Source: Acidimicrobiales bacterium
GTDB taxonomy: Bacteria; Actinomycetota; Acidimicrobiia; Acidimicrobiales; VFJN01
Direction of reading: 5' to 3'
Length of the DNA stretch: 64,000 bases
NCBI GenBank assembly: GCA_036563805.1
Contig: DATCLS010000058.1
Coordinates: 25,911-89,910, forward strand
Part shown: piece by piece, positions 1 to 9,917 of the stretch
How the letters are laid out: each line of letters starts with the position of its first letter
Numbering within the stretch: position 1 is the first letter of the stretch
The notes under the pieces: generated by a model
What the model was told of the DNA's origin: nothing
What the model saw: the letters and a program-made list of their open reading frames with translations, nothing else
Databases searched by the model: none
Position numbers and translations under genes: made by a program

Positions 1-522
1 CTCGTACCAGCGCGCCCCCGGCAGCAGGTCGGCGCCGGAGCCGTCATCGACCTGGAGCAGCAGCCGGACGGTGGACAGCTCGGGCAGCACCTCGGCCAGG
101 GTGGAGGCGAAGGCGCCGTGGAACACGACCGCCGCCGCCCGGCTGTCCCGCAACAGGTAGGCCAGCTCGGAGGCCACGTACCGGTAGTTGACGTTGAACG
201 GCGCGCACCGGGCCTTCCAGGCCCCGATCATCCCCTCCAGGTACTCGTTGCCGTTGTGGAGGTAGAGGGCCACGTGGTCGTGGGGCGACGCCCAGCCCGG
301 GCCGGCGACGGGGTCGGGGTCGCCCCGTAGGCCCAGGCCCGCCTCCCGGAGCACGACCGCCAGCCGGCGGGTCCGGTCCGTCACGTCGGCCCAGCTCAGG
401 CGGCGGTCGCGCCACACGATGCAGTCGCGGTCGGGGACCGCGGCGGCGATCGCCTCGTGGAGGGCGGCGACGTTGTGGTCGCCGGCTGCGGTGTCGTCGC
501 GGGTCATGTCCGATCTGCTCAT
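1..522 (-). CDS. AMP-dependent acyl-CoA synthetase/ligase, N-terminal part; the gene continues beyond the window edge
   Basis: My own minus-strand translation from ATG 522 (alternative ATG 507) gives MSRSDMTRDD..HVALYLHNGNEYLEGMIGAWKARCAPFNVNYRYVASELAYLLRDS. This is typical of FadD-like adenylating enzymes. It is absent from the ORF track because there is no stop in the window. Confidence 0.75.
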   Translation of the reverse strand, partial: MSRSDMTRDDTAAGDHNVAALHEAIAAAVPDRDCIVWRDRRLSWADVTDRTRRLAVVLREAGLGLRGDPDPVAGPGWASPHDHVALYLHNGNEYLEGMIGAWKARCAPFNVNYRYVASELAYLLRDSRAAAVVFHGAFASTLAEVLPELSTVRLLLQVDDGSGADLLPGARWYE

Positions 523-545
523 CCTCGGCTCGCGGCGTCGGGGGG

Positions 546-1355
546 TCACGTCGGTCTCGGCTCCAGGATCAGGCTCTGCGCCGCCCGGCCCAGGCGGCCG
601 GCGCGGTCGTACAGCTCGGCCTCGGCGAAGGCCGTGCCGGCGTCGCTCGGGACCGTGTGGGCGTCGAGGCAGATCCACTCGCCCTGCGCCCGCCGGGCCA
701 GGTGGACGGTGAGGTCGGGGTTCACGAACGTCCACCGCTCGTACGGGAGCACCCACGACAGCCCGTTGCAGAAGTCAGCGGCGGCCGCCGCTTGCTGCAG
801 CCCGGAGGGCTCCTCGCCGGCCACCACCGGGCGACGGAGCCGGAACCAGGCCCGGGCGGGGCCGGGGCGGCCGGGCTCCCCGCCGACGATCCGGACGTCC
901 ATGCCGGTGAGGTGGAACGCCTCGCCCTCGTCCTGGTCGCCGAAGGTGAGCGGGGCGCCGGCCTCGGGGCCCGGCTCGGGGACGGCGGTGCGGCCGTCGT
1001 CCGGGGCGTCGGCGCCGAGCGGGATGTCGGCGTGGCGGACGCCGACGGCCGCGGCCCGGACCACGGTGTCCCCGCCGGCGGCGACCGCGACGTCGACCTC
1101 GGCCCGGACGACGCGGCGGCCCGGCTTGGTCACCCGGGCGGCCACCGTGAGCGGCTCGAGCGGGACCGGCCGCTGCAGCTCGATCGTCAGCCGGGTGACC
1201 GTGAAGCCCGCACCCACCTCCGCCTCGGCGGCCCGGGCCACCAGCGCGGCGACGGGGCCGCCGTGCTGGGCCTGCGGGTCCCACGGGCCCCGGGTGTGCG
1301 CGCTGGGGACGAGCCGGCCGGCGTCGGGGGTGAACAGTGGTTCGGACTCCGGCAC
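546..1355 (-). CDS. acyl-CoA thioesterase-like protein (double hotdog, 4HBT_3-like)
   Basis: 269-aa ORF with GTG start. The sequence (HGGPVAALVARA.., FCNGLSWVLPYERWTFVNPDLTVHL) resembles the thioesterase-like superfamily. A CAAACT hexamer lies 6 nt upstream of the GTG. Confidence 0.7.
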   Translation of the reverse strand: MPESEPLFTPDAGRLVPSAHTRGPWDPQAQHGGPVAALVARAAEAEVGAGFTVTRLTIELQRPVPLEPLTVAARVTKPGRRVVRAEVDVAVAAGGDTVVRAAAVGVRHADIPLGADAPDDGRTAVPEPGPEAGAPLTFGDQDEGEAFHLTGMDVRIVGGEPGRPGPARAWFRLRRPVVAGEEPSGLQQAAAAADFCNGLSWVLPYERWTFVNPDLTVHLARRAQGEWICLDAHTVPSDAGTAFAEAELYDRAGRLGRAAQSLILEPRPT

Positions 1356-1477
1356 GGGCCGAGTTTGCGGTCTTTCCTGGCGACCACGCCAGTCCGCGTC
1401 CTGCCGGCCGCCGGCTTCCCACCGACGCGGCTCCGCCGTCCGACCGGGCCGGCCCCGCCGTCTGGCAGGATCGGGCG

Positions 1478-2272
1478 GTGGCAGGAGCGTGGTCCCGGCT
1501 GGTGACGGCGATGCGCCGCGCCCGGTCGACGGTCCGGTCGGCGGCGGGGACCGCGCCCCGGGTGACCGGGTACCCGACCTCGTCCAACCGGGCGTCGTCG
1601 CTGCATTTGGCCTGGCAGCTGCCGGCCGGGACGGGCCCGATCGTGGCCGCGTCGGTGGTCCTGACCGTCGAGGACGAGCCCCGGGTCCGCGACCTCTACT
1701 TCTGGGCGCTCCAGGCGTCGTTCACCGACGCGACCGGCACCCGCCACGGGGGCGGGCACCTGGGCCTCCAGTGGTACGACCCGCACCCGGGGGCGCGGGC
1801 GGCCAACTGGGGCGGCTACGGGCCGGGCGGCCGGGTGCTCGACGGCTCGGCGTCGCCGCTGCCGAGCGCCACCGGCAACCCCAACACCCGCGACCTGTGG
1901 TGGGAGGCGGGGGAGCCCCACACGCTCCGCATCGAGCGGGCCGCCGACGGCTGGGCGGGCACGATCGACGGCGTGCGCCTCCGCACGCTGGCGGCCGGTG
2001 GCGACCGGCTCACCGGGCTGATGGTGTGGTCGGAGGTGTTCGCGCCGTGCGACGCCCCGCCGGTGGCGGTGCGCTGGTCGGGCTTCCAGGCCACGACCGC
2101 GGACGGGCGGGTCGTGGCGCCGGAGGCCGTGCGGGTGAACTACCAGAGCCGGGCGGACGGCGGGTGCGACAACACGACCGCCCTGCCCGACGGCGACGGC
2201 GTGCGCCAGGTCACGGCCATGAATCGGGCCGTGCCCCAGGGCGCCCGCCTAACGCTCAGGCCTTCTCGGTGA
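1478..2272 (+). CDS. hypothetical protein, probably a beta-sandwich; start uncertain (1478 GTG or 1511 ATG)
   Basis: Coherent high-GC3 frame in the distal part of ORF 1337..2272 ([20 protein letters not shown]). CAGGAT, 6 nt, GTG GCA at 1478 fits the leaderless pattern seen elsewhere in the window. Confidence 0.55.
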   Translation: MAGAWSRLVTAMRRARSTVRSAAGTAPRVTGYPTSSNRASSLHLAWQLPAGTGPIVAASVVLTVEDEPRVRDLYFWALQASFTDATGTRHGGGHLGLQWYDPHPGARAANWGGYGPGGRVLDGSASPLPSATGNPNTRDLWWEAGEPHTLRIERAADGWAGTIDGVRLRTLAAGGDRLTGLMVWSEVFAPCDAPPVAVRWSGFQATTADGRVVAPEAVRVNYQSRADGGCDNTTALPDGDGVRQVTAMNRAVPQGARLTLRPSR

Positions 2273-2726
2273 TCGTCACCTTGCGCATCACGTCGCCCTG
2301 GCGGATCTTCGGCGGCACGTCGGTGCCGGCCGTCACGTACCCGAACAGGTTGTAGGCCTTGTCGAGCTTCTGGGTGCAGTCGTCGATGCAGATGAAGAAC
2401 TGCGACCCGTTCGTGTCGGGGCCGGCGTTGGCCATGGCCACGGCGCCGAACGTGTACTCGCCCTTCACGGGCTCGTCGGCGAACTGGTAACCGGGGCCGC
2501 CGCGGCCGGTGCCGTCGGGGTCGCCGCCCTGGATGACGAACTCGGGCACGACCCGGTGGAACGTGAGGCCGTCGTAGAAGCCGCGCCGGGCGAGCTCGAC
2601 GAAGTTGTTCACGGTGTTGGGGGCCAGCTTGGGATCGAGCTCGATGACGATGTCGCCCTTGTCGGTCGTGATCGTCGCCTCGTAGAGCGCATCGTCGTTG
2701 ATCTCGTGGGCCGGGGGAGTAGCCAT
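2256..2726 (-). CDS. ppiA: cyclophilin-type peptidyl-prolyl cis-trans isomerase
   Basis: 156 aa with [40 protein letters not shown]. Confidence 0.92.
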   Translation of the reverse strand: MATPPAHEINDDALYEATITTDKGDIVIELDPKLAPNTVNNFVELARRGFYDGLTFHRVVPEFVIQGGDPDGTGRGGPGYQFADEPVKGEYTFGAVAMANAGPDTNGSQFFICIDDCTQKLDKAYNLFGYVTAGTDVPPKIRQGDVMRKVTITEKA

Positions 2727-2731
2727 GTCCG

Positions 2732-2737
2732 TACCCT
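2732..2737 (+). promoter_or_regulatory. -10-like hexamer of a leaderless gene
   Basis: TACCCT, 8 nt, ATG 2746. Confidence 0.5.
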
Positions 2738-2738
2738 A
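2733..2738 (-). promoter_or_regulatory. -10-like hexamer of leaderless ppiA
   Basis: Minus strand TAGGGT, 6 nt, ATG 2726. It overlaps the plus-strand hexamer by 5 of 6 positions. Confidence 0.5.
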
Positions 2739-2745
2739 ACGGTCG

Positions 2746-3414
2746 ATGCCGGACGCCACGGACAGCCCGAGCCCGTCTCCCGACGGACAGCCCGCCGACG
2801 CCCGCGAGCGGGCCCGCCTCTGCGACCTGCTGCTCGAGCTCGGCCCCGACGCCCCGACCCTGTGCGAGGGGTGGGCGACGCTCGACCTGGCCGCCCACCT
2901 GGTCGTGCGCGAGACCGACCCGCGGGCCGGCCTGGCCATCCTCGGCGGGGGCCGGTTCGCCGGCCTGGAGTCCCGCCTCATGGACGGCGCCAAGGCCCGG
3001 GGCCTCGACGCCCTCGTCGAGCGGCTGCGCGGCGGGCCGCCGCTCGTCCCGTGGCGGCTCCCCGGGCTGCGGCGGCCGCTGAACCTCAACGAGTGGTTCG
3101 TGCACCACGAGGACGTGCGCCGGGCCAACGGCCGGGAGCCCCGCGAGGACGCCGCGCTCGACGCCGAGCTGTGGGGGCTGCTCCGCCCGTTCTCCCGGGT
3201 GATGCTGGGCCGCGTCCGGGGCGCAGCGGTCACGCTGGTGGCCCCCGGGCACGGCACGATCGGGCCCCGGGGCCGCGGGCCCGCCGCCGAGCTGACCGGC
3301 GGCCCCCAGGAGCTGGTGCTCTACCTGTTCGGCCGCCGGAACGCCGCCCGGGTCGAGCTGTCCGGCGACCCCGAGGCCGTGCGCGCCGTCTCGTCCGCCA
3401 AGCTGGGCATCTGA
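2746..3414 (+). CDS. maleylpyruvate-isomerase-family mycothiol-dependent enzyme (DinB-like, TIGR03085-type)
   Basis: 222 aa; N-terminal ERARLCDLLLELGPDAPTLCEGWATLDLAAHLV motif. Confidence 0.75.
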   Translation: MPDATDSPSPSPDGQPADARERARLCDLLLELGPDAPTLCEGWATLDLAAHLVVRETDPRAGLAILGGGRFAGLESRLMDGAKARGLDALVERLRGGPPLVPWRLPGLRRPLNLNEWFVHHEDVRRANGREPREDAALDAELWGLLRPFSRVMLGRVRGAAVTLVAPGHGTIGPRGRGPAAELTGGPQELVLYLFGRRNAARVELSGDPEAVRAVSSAKLGI

Positions 3415-3420
3415 CCCCGG

Positions 3421-3465
3421 CCGGCGGCTATCGGGCCGGCGGCTATCGGGCCGGCTGCTGCCGGG
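3421..3465. repeat. 15-bp tandem repeat (2 identical + 1 degenerate unit) in a convergent intergenic region
   Basis: ccggcggctatcggg x2, then ccggctgctgccggg. Confidence 0.7.
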
Positions 3466-3517
3466 GGGGCGTCGGGCGGGGGAGCAGGCCGGAACGCCAG
3501 AGGTCGGCGCCGAGCGG

Positions 3518-4240
3518 CTAAGAGCCGGCGCCGAGTGGGGATGAGGGCCGGGCGGCCAGGCCCGACCACAAGATGCTGGTCAGGAGCCCGGCGGCCTGCT
3601 CGGCCGGGATCTCGGGGTGGTCGAGCCAGTGGAGGACGCCGGCCTCCAGCAGCCCCAGGGCCGCCTCGGCGGCCAGCGGGCCGCCGGCCACGATGCCCGG
3701 CTCGGGGGAGGCGGGGGAGGAGGAGGACGACGTCGCCGCCGCCTCCGCCGTCGCCGCAGTCGCCGCCTCAGCCGCCGACGACGCGGTTCCCGGCGCCGCG
3801 GCGCACGCCGCCCGCCACAGCTCCGACAGGCGGGCGGCCCGGTCGGCCCGCGCCTGGCGGACGACCGGGTGCTGGCGGGCCGGGTCGCTCACCAGCAGCC
3901 GCCAGGCCTCGGGGTTGGCCTCGGCGAAGGCCATGCACCCGGCCACGACCTCGCGCACCGCCGCCTCGTCCAGCGGCAGCGTGAGCTCGAGGTGCGCGTC
4001 GAGGCGGGCCAGCATCCGGACGTAGACCTCGGCGGCCAAGCCGTCGCGGTCGCCGAAGTAGGCGTAGACGAGCGAGCGCGACACCCCGGCCGCGTCGGCC
4101 ACGTCGTCGACGCCGAGGGCGGCCAGGCCCCGCTCGTCCACGAGGCCGACCGCGGCGTCGATCAGCTGGGTCCGCCGCGTCTCCGGGTCGAGCCGCGCCC
4201 GCCGTCGCGACCGCCGCCGTCTCCCCTCGTCGACCGTCAC
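3518..4240 (-). CDS. TetR family transcriptional regulator
   Basis: N-terminal HTH RRTQLIDAAVGLVDERGLAALGVDDVADAAGVSRSLVYAYF. GTG start, 22 nt downstream of the ABC ATPase stop. Confidence 0.85.
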   Translation of the reverse strand: MTVDEGRRRRSRRRARLDPETRRTQLIDAAVGLVDERGLAALGVDDVADAAGVSRSLVYAYFGDRDGLAAEVYVRMLARLDAHLELTLPLDEAAVREVVAGCMAFAEANPEAWRLLVSDPARQHPVVRQARADRAARLSELWRAACAAAPGTASSAAEAATAATAEAAATSSSSSPASPEPGIVAGGPLAAEAALGLLEAGVLHWLDHPEIPAEQAAGLLTSILWSGLAARPSSPLGAGS

Positions 4241-4261
4241 GATGCCCGGCGACGGCCGGCG

Positions 4262-5302
4262 TCAGGCCGGAGACCCCGTGGACACGGAGACCGGGGTCCC
4301 CGGCGCGGCCGCGCCCTCGATCGGGAAGTGGCAGGCGACGTAGCGGCCGGCGGTCACCTCGCGCATCTGGGGCTCCTCGGCCTCGCACCGGGCCTCGGCC
4401 CGCGGGCAGCGGGTGCGGAACCGGCAGCCGCTCGGCGGGTTGACCGGCGACGGCAGGTCGCCGGCCAGCGCGTCGGCGGTGGTCGGCGTGACCCGGGGGT
4501 CGGGCACCGGGATCGACTGGAGCAGCGCCGCCGTGTAGGGGTGCGCCGGCCGCTCGTAGAGCGTCTCGGGCGGACCCACCTCGCACAGCTTGCCCAGGTA
4601 CATGACGGCCACACGGTCGGAGATGTTCTTGACGACCGCCAGGTCGTGGGCGATGAACACCAGCGTGAGCCCGTAGCGCTCCTTCAGGTCCTCGAGCAGG
4701 TTGAGGATCTGGGCCTGGACCGACACGTCGAGGGCGGACACCGGCTCGTCGCAGATGATGAGCTTGGGCTGGAGCATCAGTGCCCGGGCGATCGAGATAC
4801 GCTGGCACTGGCCGCCCGAGAACTGGTGGGGCCGTCGGTCGAGCGTCGTGTCGGGGTCGAGGCCGACCGTGTCGAGCACCCGCCGGGCCAGCTCGATCTG
4901 CTCGTCGCGGGTGCCCCGCTTCCAGATCTTCAGCGGCTCGGTCAGTATGTCGCGCACCTTGCGGCGCGGGTTCAGCGACGAGATCGGGTCCTGGAAGATC
5001 AGCTGCAGCTCGGTGCGCACCCGCCGCAGCTCCTGGCCCGACAGCGACGCCAGGTCGCGCCCGGCGAAGCGAACCGTGCCGCGGTTGGGCCGGGGCATCT
5101 GGATGATGGCGCGACCGGTCGTCGACTTGCCGCAGCCCGACTCGCCGACCAGCCCCAGCGTCTCGCCGGGCAGGATGTCGAGCGAGATGCCGGACACGGC
5201 ATGGACCTTGCGCCGCCCCGACCCGAACTCGACGACCAGGTCGTCGATGCGGAGCAGGGCCTCCTCGGGCCGGCGCAGGTGGGCGGTTCCGGTGCCGGCC
5301 AT
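4262..5302 (-). CDS. ABC transporter ATP-binding protein (OppF/DppF-like)
   Basis: Starts MAGTGTAHLRRPEEALLRIDDLVVEF. Walker A GESGCGKST, signature FSGGQCQRISIA, Walker B LIICDEPVSALD. The ATG overlaps the upstream stop (ATGA). The 703-aa track ORF is an upstream read-through of this frame. Confidence 0.92.
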   Translation of the reverse strand: MAGTGTAHLRRPEEALLRIDDLVVEFGSGRRKVHAVSGISLDILPGETLGLVGESGCGKSTTGRAIIQMPRPNRGTVRFAGRDLASLSGQELRRVRTELQLIFQDPISSLNPRRKVRDILTEPLKIWKRGTRDEQIELARRVLDTVGLDPDTTLDRRPHQFSGGQCQRISIARALMLQPKLIICDEPVSALDVSVQAQILNLLEDLKERYGLTLVFIAHDLAVVKNISDRVAVMYLGKLCEVGPPETLYERPAHPYTAALLQSIPVPDPRVTPTTADALAGDLPSPVNPPSGCRFRTRCPRAEARCEAEEPQMREVTAGRYVACHFPIEGAAAPGTPVSVSTGSPA

Positions 5303-6342
5303 CAGGACGCCCCCGTCCCGACCGTGACCGGCGCCGCGGTCTCGCGGCCTACCGGGTACCAGCAGCGATAGAGGTGCCCGTTGCCGCCGTCGAGCAACGG
5401 CGGCGCCTCGACCCGGCACCGCTCCTGGACGTAGCGGCAGCGGGGGGCGAACCGGCACCCCGGCGGCGGGTCGACCAGGTCCGGCGGCCGCCCGGGGATG
5501 ACCTGCAGCCGGGTGTGGCGCGGCTGGTCGAGCGTCGGGATCGACCGCAGCAGCGCCTCGGTGTAGGGCATGCGGACGTTGCTGAACAGCTCGGCCGTCG
5601 GGGCCATCTCGACGAGCTGGCCGGCGTACATGACCGCGATGTGGTCGGTGCGCCCGGCGACGACGCCCAGATCGTGGGTGACGAGGATCACCGCCATGTC
5701 GCGCTCGCGCTGCTGGCGGGCCAGCAGGTTGAGGATCTGGGCCTGGACGGTCACGTCGAGCGCGGTGGTCGGCTCGTCGGCGAACAGGAGCTTGGGGCCG
5801 CAGGCCAGGGCGACGGCGATCATGATCCGTTGGCGCATGCCGCCCGACAGCTCGTGCGGGTACTGGCGCAGGCGCCGCTCGGGCTCGGGGATGCCGACCG
5901 ACCGCAGCAGGGCGAGGGCGGTGGCCTTCGCCGTCTTGCGGTCCATGTCGAGGCGGACCCGCAGGCCCTCGGTGATCTGGGCCCCGACGCGCTGGACCGG
6001 GTTCAGCGACGTCATCGGGTCCTGGAAGATCATCGCCATCTCGGTGCCCCACAGCTCGCGGAGCTCCTCGGGCGACAGCCGGCTGATGTCGGTGCCCTCG
6101 TAGACGACCTTGCCCTCGCGCACGACGTTGCGCTTGGGCAGCAGGCCCATGATCGACCGGCTGAGCACCGACTTGCCCGAGCCCGACTCGCCCACGATGC
6201 CGAGCGTCGTGCCCCGGTCGAGGCTGAGCGACACGCCGTCGACGGCCCGGACCAGGCCGCGGGGCGTGCGGAAGTAGGTCTTGACGTCGACGACGTCGAG
6301 CAGCCGCCGGGCCGCCGGCCGGACCGCGTAGGGCTCGTTCAC
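5302..6342 (-). CDS. ABC transporter ATP-binding protein (OppD/DppD-like)
   Basis: GTG start (VNEPYAVRPAARRLLDVVDVKTYF). GESGSGKS, LSGGMRQRIMIA, LLFADEPTTALD. GTGA overlap with the upstream permease gene. Confidence 0.92.
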   Translation of the reverse strand: MNEPYAVRPAARRLLDVVDVKTYFRTPRGLVRAVDGVSLSLDRGTTLGIVGESGSGKSVLSRSIMGLLPKRNVVREGKVVYEGTDISRLSPEELRELWGTEMAMIFQDPMTSLNPVQRVGAQITEGLRVRLDMDRKTAKATALALLRSVGIPEPERRLRQYPHELSGGMRQRIMIAVALACGPKLLFADEPTTALDVTVQAQILNLLARQQRERDMAVILVTHDLGVVAGRTDHIAVMYAGQLVEMAPTAELFSNVRMPYTEALLRSIPTLDQPRHTRLQVIPGRPPDLVDPPPGCRFAPRCRYVQERCRVEAPPLLDGGNGHLYRCWYPVGRETAAPVTVGTGAS

Positions 6343-7262
6343 AGCACCGCCTCCCGGACGTCGAAGCGAGCACGGATCACGTCGCCGAGGTAGTTCAGCG
6401 ACAGCACGGTGAGGAAGATGGCGATCGACGGGATGGCCACGATGTGGGGCGCCCTGGCCAGCTCGGGCCGGCCGCTCGCGATCATGTTCCCCCACGACGG
6501 CACGTCGCTCACGCCGAGGCCCAGCAGCGAGATGGCGCCCTCGAACACGATGGCGATGCCGATGCCGAGCAGCGTGATCGACATCATCGCCGGCAGCACG
6601 TTGGGCAGCACCTCGCGGAACATGATGCGCCAGGGCCGGGCCCCGAGCACGGCCGCCGCCTTGACGAACTCGCGCTCCGACCAGGCCAGCGTGCTGGCCC
6701 GGGTGATGCGTCCGAGCAGCGGCACGCTGACGATGGCCAAGGCGACGATCAGCACGACCATGCGCCGGGCGTTGGAGGCGTTCTCGTCGCTGCTGGCGTA
6801 GATGGTGACCAGGGCCAGCAGCAGCACCAGCGACGGGATGGCCAGCAGCACGTTGAACAACGTGGACAGGATCGTGTCGATCCGGCCTCGGAAGAACCCG
6901 GCCACGAGGCCGAGGAACCCGCCGACGATCAGGCCCAGCCCCACGGCCCCGACGCTGATCGTCAGCGACGTGCGGGTGCCGTAGATCACCCGGGCCAGGA
7001 TGTCGCGCCCGTTGCCGTCGCCGCCCAGCAGGTGGCCGGGCTGGATCGGCGGCTCGCGGACGATCCGGAGGAAGCTCTCGTCGGGGTCGGACAGCGGCAG
7101 CACGGGGGCCAGGACGGCGGCCAGCGTGATGCCGACCAGCCAGATCAGCGACAGCCACCCCATCAGCCCCAGCTTGCGGGTGGGGGCGGCCTCGACGGGC
7201 TCGGCGCCGTTCCCGGCCGGGGCGGCGGCGGTCGGCACGCGGTCAGCTACGGGCTCGGGCAT
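6339..7262 (-). CDS. ABC transporter permease (OppC/DppC-like)
   Basis: 307 aa, multi-TM, BPD-transporter-type sequence. Confidence 0.9.
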   Translation of the reverse strand: MPEPVADRVPTAAAPAGNGAEPVEAAPTRKLGLMGWLSLIWLVGITLAAVLAPVLPLSDPDESFLRIVREPPIQPGHLLGGDGNGRDILARVIYGTRTSLTISVGAVGLGLIVGGFLGLVAGFFRGRIDTILSTLFNVLLAIPSLVLLLALVTIYASSDENASNARRMVVLIVALAIVSVPLLGRITRASTLAWSEREFVKAAAVLGARPWRIMFREVLPNVLPAMMSITLLGIGIAIVFEGAISLLGLGVSDVPSWGNMIASGRPELARAPHIVAIPSIAIFLTVLSLNYLGDVIRARFDVREAVL

Positions 7263-8226
7263 GGCGGATCCGGGGGTCGACGACCGTGTACAGCACGTCC
7301 ACGGCGAAGTTCACCAGGACGAAGATGATGGCGATGATGGCCACGAAGCTCTGCAGCGCCACGTACTGGCGCTCGGTGATGGCCTGGAAGATGGCGGTGC
7401 CCAGGCCGGGGATGCTGAACAGCACCTCGATGACCAGGGCGTTGCCGATGAGCGTGCCGACGTTCAGGCCGGCCACGGTGAGCAGCGTCAGGCTCGAGGG
7501 GCGCAGGGCGTGGCGCCACAGCACCCGCCGGTCCGAGATGCCCTTGGACCGGGCCATCTGCACGAAGTCCTCCTGCAGCGTCTGCATCATGTCGCTGCGC
7601 AGGAGGCGCATGTAGACGGCGATCTGGGCCGCGGCCAGCGACAAGGCCGGCAGGACCATGCGCTTGACGTGCTCGACCGCGTCCTCGCCGAACGGCACGT
7701 AGCCGGAGGGCGGCACCCAGTTGAGCCAGACGCCGATGTAGTAGGCGAGGGCCAGGCCGAGCACGAAGCTCGGCACCGACAGCAGGGCGAACGCCGTCGT
7801 GTTGGCGCCCTTGTCGAACCACGACCCGGCCCGGTAGGCGGCGACCACGCCGACCGGGATGGCGATCAGCAGCGCCAGGATCTGGGAGTAGACCATCAGC
7901 TGGAGCGACACGGGCAGGGCCTCCTTGACCGTGTCGCCCACGGGGTCCTCACCCGAGACCCGGAAGTAGTCGCCGAAGTCGCCCCGGACGAAGTCGCCGA
8001 GCCAGGCCGTGTACTGGGTCCACAGCGGCTCGTCCAGGTTGAGCCGCTCGCGCACCTCGGCCTTGCGCTGCTGGACCTCCTCCGAGTTCTCGTCCGCCAC
8101 CGGCAGCAGCGTGTCCACCGGGTCGCCCGGCGTCATGCTGAGCAGCAACGAGGTGAACAGCGTGACGAGGAACAGGACGAGGACGAGCAGCAGGAACCGC
8201 TTCCCGAGCTCGCGTGCCAGTACCAC
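7243..8226 (-). CDS. ABC transporter permease (OppB/DppB-like)
   Basis: The hydrophobic protein begins VVLARELGKRFLLLVLVLFLV. The GTG at 8226 overlaps the substrate-binding-protein (SBP) stop by 1 nt. The upstream 47 aa of the track ORF are Arg/Pro-rich and overlap the SBP gene. Confidence 0.85.
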   Translation of the reverse strand: MVLARELGKRFLLLVLVLFLVTLFTSLLLSMTPGDPVDTLLPVADENSEEVQQRKAEVRERLNLDEPLWTQYTAWLGDFVRGDFGDYFRVSGEDPVGDTVKEALPVSLQLMVYSQILALLIAIPVGVVAAYRAGSWFDKGANTTAFALLSVPSFVLGLALAYYIGVWLNWVPPSGYVPFGEDAVEHVKRMVLPALSLAAAQIAVYMRLLRSDMMQTLQEDFVQMARSKGISDRRVLWRHALRPSSLTLLTVAGLNVGTLIGNALVIEVLFSIPGLGTAIFQAITERQYVALQSFVAIIAIIFVLVNFAVDVLYTVVDPRIRHARARS

Positions 8227-9917
8227 TACTGCTCCTTCCAGACGAGGGCCATGTCGTGGCCGAGGGCGAGGCCCTCGTAGTCGGAACCGCCGTCCGGGGG
8301 CCGGGCGCCCACCACGTTGTGGAACTCGGGCTGCATGGGCACCGCCCAGATCGTCCAGGACGCCCACAGCATGTAGTTCTCACGGGCGAGCTCGCGGTTG
8401 AGCTCCTGGTAGATCTCGTTCCGCTGCGCCGGGTCGGCGGTGACGCGACCCCGGTCCAGCAGGTCGTTGACCTCGGGGTCGTTGAACCCCATGAAGTTCA
8501 CGGGGTTGGTCTCGCCGTTGTACCACCAGACGTAGAGGTTGTCGGGGTCCAGCGCCGGATAGTTGCGGAACGTCAGGGCGTCGTAGTTCTTCTCGATGGC
8601 CGTCTGGATGAGCGCCGACTGCTCGAACGTGGTCGTGCTCACGTCCATGCCCACGGCCTCGAACTGCTCGCGGGCCAGCGCCACGAGCGCCACGGTCTCG
8701 GGGTCGGGCGGGCCACCGATCTGGAACGCCAGCCGCTCGCCGGTCTCGCGCTCGTACTGCTCGACCAGCTCGCGGGCCTGCTCGGGGTCGTCGGACTCGT
8801 AGCCGGTCTCCTCGACGTAGCCGATGGACCCCGGCGGGAACGGCCCGTTGGCCAGCGTGGCGATGCCCCGGGACAGGATCTCGTTGCTCAGCTCGCGCTC
8901 GAGCGCCAGCGCCGCCGCCCGGCGGGCGATCGGGTTGTTGAACGGCGGCCGGGTCGCGTTGAGCATCAGGAAGCCGACCTCGGCGTTGGCCTCGGACTCG
9001 GCCAGGTTGACCTGCTCGGCCTCGTCCAGCGCCCGCATCTCGTCGATGGTCAGCGCCCCCGTGTTGCTCGACACGTGGAAGGCGTCGATCTCGCCCGACT
9101 TGAGGGCGTTGACCCGCTGCTGGGCCTCGACCATCGGCCGAAACTCGATCTCGTCGAGGTAGGGGAGCTGGTTCCCGTTCTCGTCGGTCCGCCAGTAGTT
9201 CTCGTTGCGGACGACGGTCAGGTGGTCGTTGACCCGCCACTCCTCGAGCTTGAACGGGCCGGTTCCGATCAGGTTGCGGCCGCAGTTCTCGGCGTCGTCC
9301 AGCTGGGCCTGGCCGGTGATGCCCAGCCGGCCGCTGCTGTAGAGGAACGACGGGAACGCCACCCAGGGCCGCGAGGTCGTGACCGTCACCTCGAGCGGGC
9401 CGGTGACCTCGACGGTCTCGATGTCCTGGAGCACGAACGAGAACAGCAGCGACGACCGGGCGGGGTACTCACCCCGGTAGGCGTCGAGGTTGTTCTTGAC
9501 CACCTCCGCCGTCAGCGGGGACCCGTCGTGGAACACGACGCCCTCCCGCAGCGTGATCGTCCACTGCGTGTAGTCGGCGTTGGGCTCGACCGACTGGGCG
9601 AGGAACGGCCGGAACCCGCCCTCGCCGTCGGGGACGGTCAGCGTGTCGTAGATGGCGCGGGCGACCTGGATGCCCGAGATGGCCAGCTGGGCCTCCTGCA
9701 GGCACCAGCCGCTGGTCGTCTCGGCCTCGAGCCCGTACACCATCCGCCCGCCGTACTGCGGGGGGCCGGCGTCGGCGTCGTCGTCGTCGCCCCCCGACGG
9801 CTGGGTCGAGCCGCTGCTCACGCTCGCGCAGGCGGTGGCCAGGACGGCGAGGGCGATGAGGACGGCCCATCTGCGGGCTCCTCCGCGGCGGCTCGAGCGC
9901 ACGGAAGCGCGTGACAC
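8226..9917 (-). CDS. ABC transporter substrate-binding lipoprotein, family 5 (peptide/nickel)
   Basis: 563 aa with a signal peptide and lipobox (LAVLATAC). SD GGGGGGAG lies 5 nt upstream of the GTG. Confidence 0.9.
   Translation of the reverse strand: MSRASVRSSRRGGARRWAVLIALAVLATACASVSSGSTQPSGGDDDDADAGPPQYGGRMVYGLEAETTSGWCLQEAQLAISGIQVARAIYDTLTVPDGEGGFRPFLAQSVEPNADYTQWTITLREGVVFHDGSPLTAEVVKNNLDAYRGEYPARSSLLFSFVLQDIETVEVTGPLEVTVTTSRPWVAFPSFLYSSGRLGITGQAQLDDAENCGRNLIGTGPFKLEEWRVNDHLTVVRNENYWRTDENGNQLPYLDEIEFRPMVEAQQRVNALKSGEIDAFHVSSNTGALTIDEMRALDEAEQVNLAESEANAEVGFLMLNATRPPFNNPIARRAAALALERELSNEILSRGIATLANGPFPPGSIGYVEETGYESDDPEQARELVEQYERETGERLAFQIGGPPDPETVALVALAREQFEAVGMDVSTTTFEQSALIQTAIEKNYDALTFRNYPALDPDNLYVWWYNGETNPVNFMGFNDPEVNDLLDRGRVTADPAQRNEIYQELNRELARENYMLWASWTIWAVPMQPEFHNVVGARPPDGGSDYEGLALGHDMALVWKEQ

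Noticed and set aside
457-2355. Very long ORFs in the supplied track with Arg/Pro/Gly/Ala-rich translations, for example 457..2355, 3617..5371, 11128..14034, 16874..19033, 23093..26431, 25855..27777, 34157..36559, 41688..45203 and 45077..47494.
   Set aside because: They overlap, in other frames or antisense, genes with clear family signatures. Their low-complexity RRPGRR-type composition is the expected artefact of stop-codon scarcity in high-GC DNA. None shows a recognisable motif.
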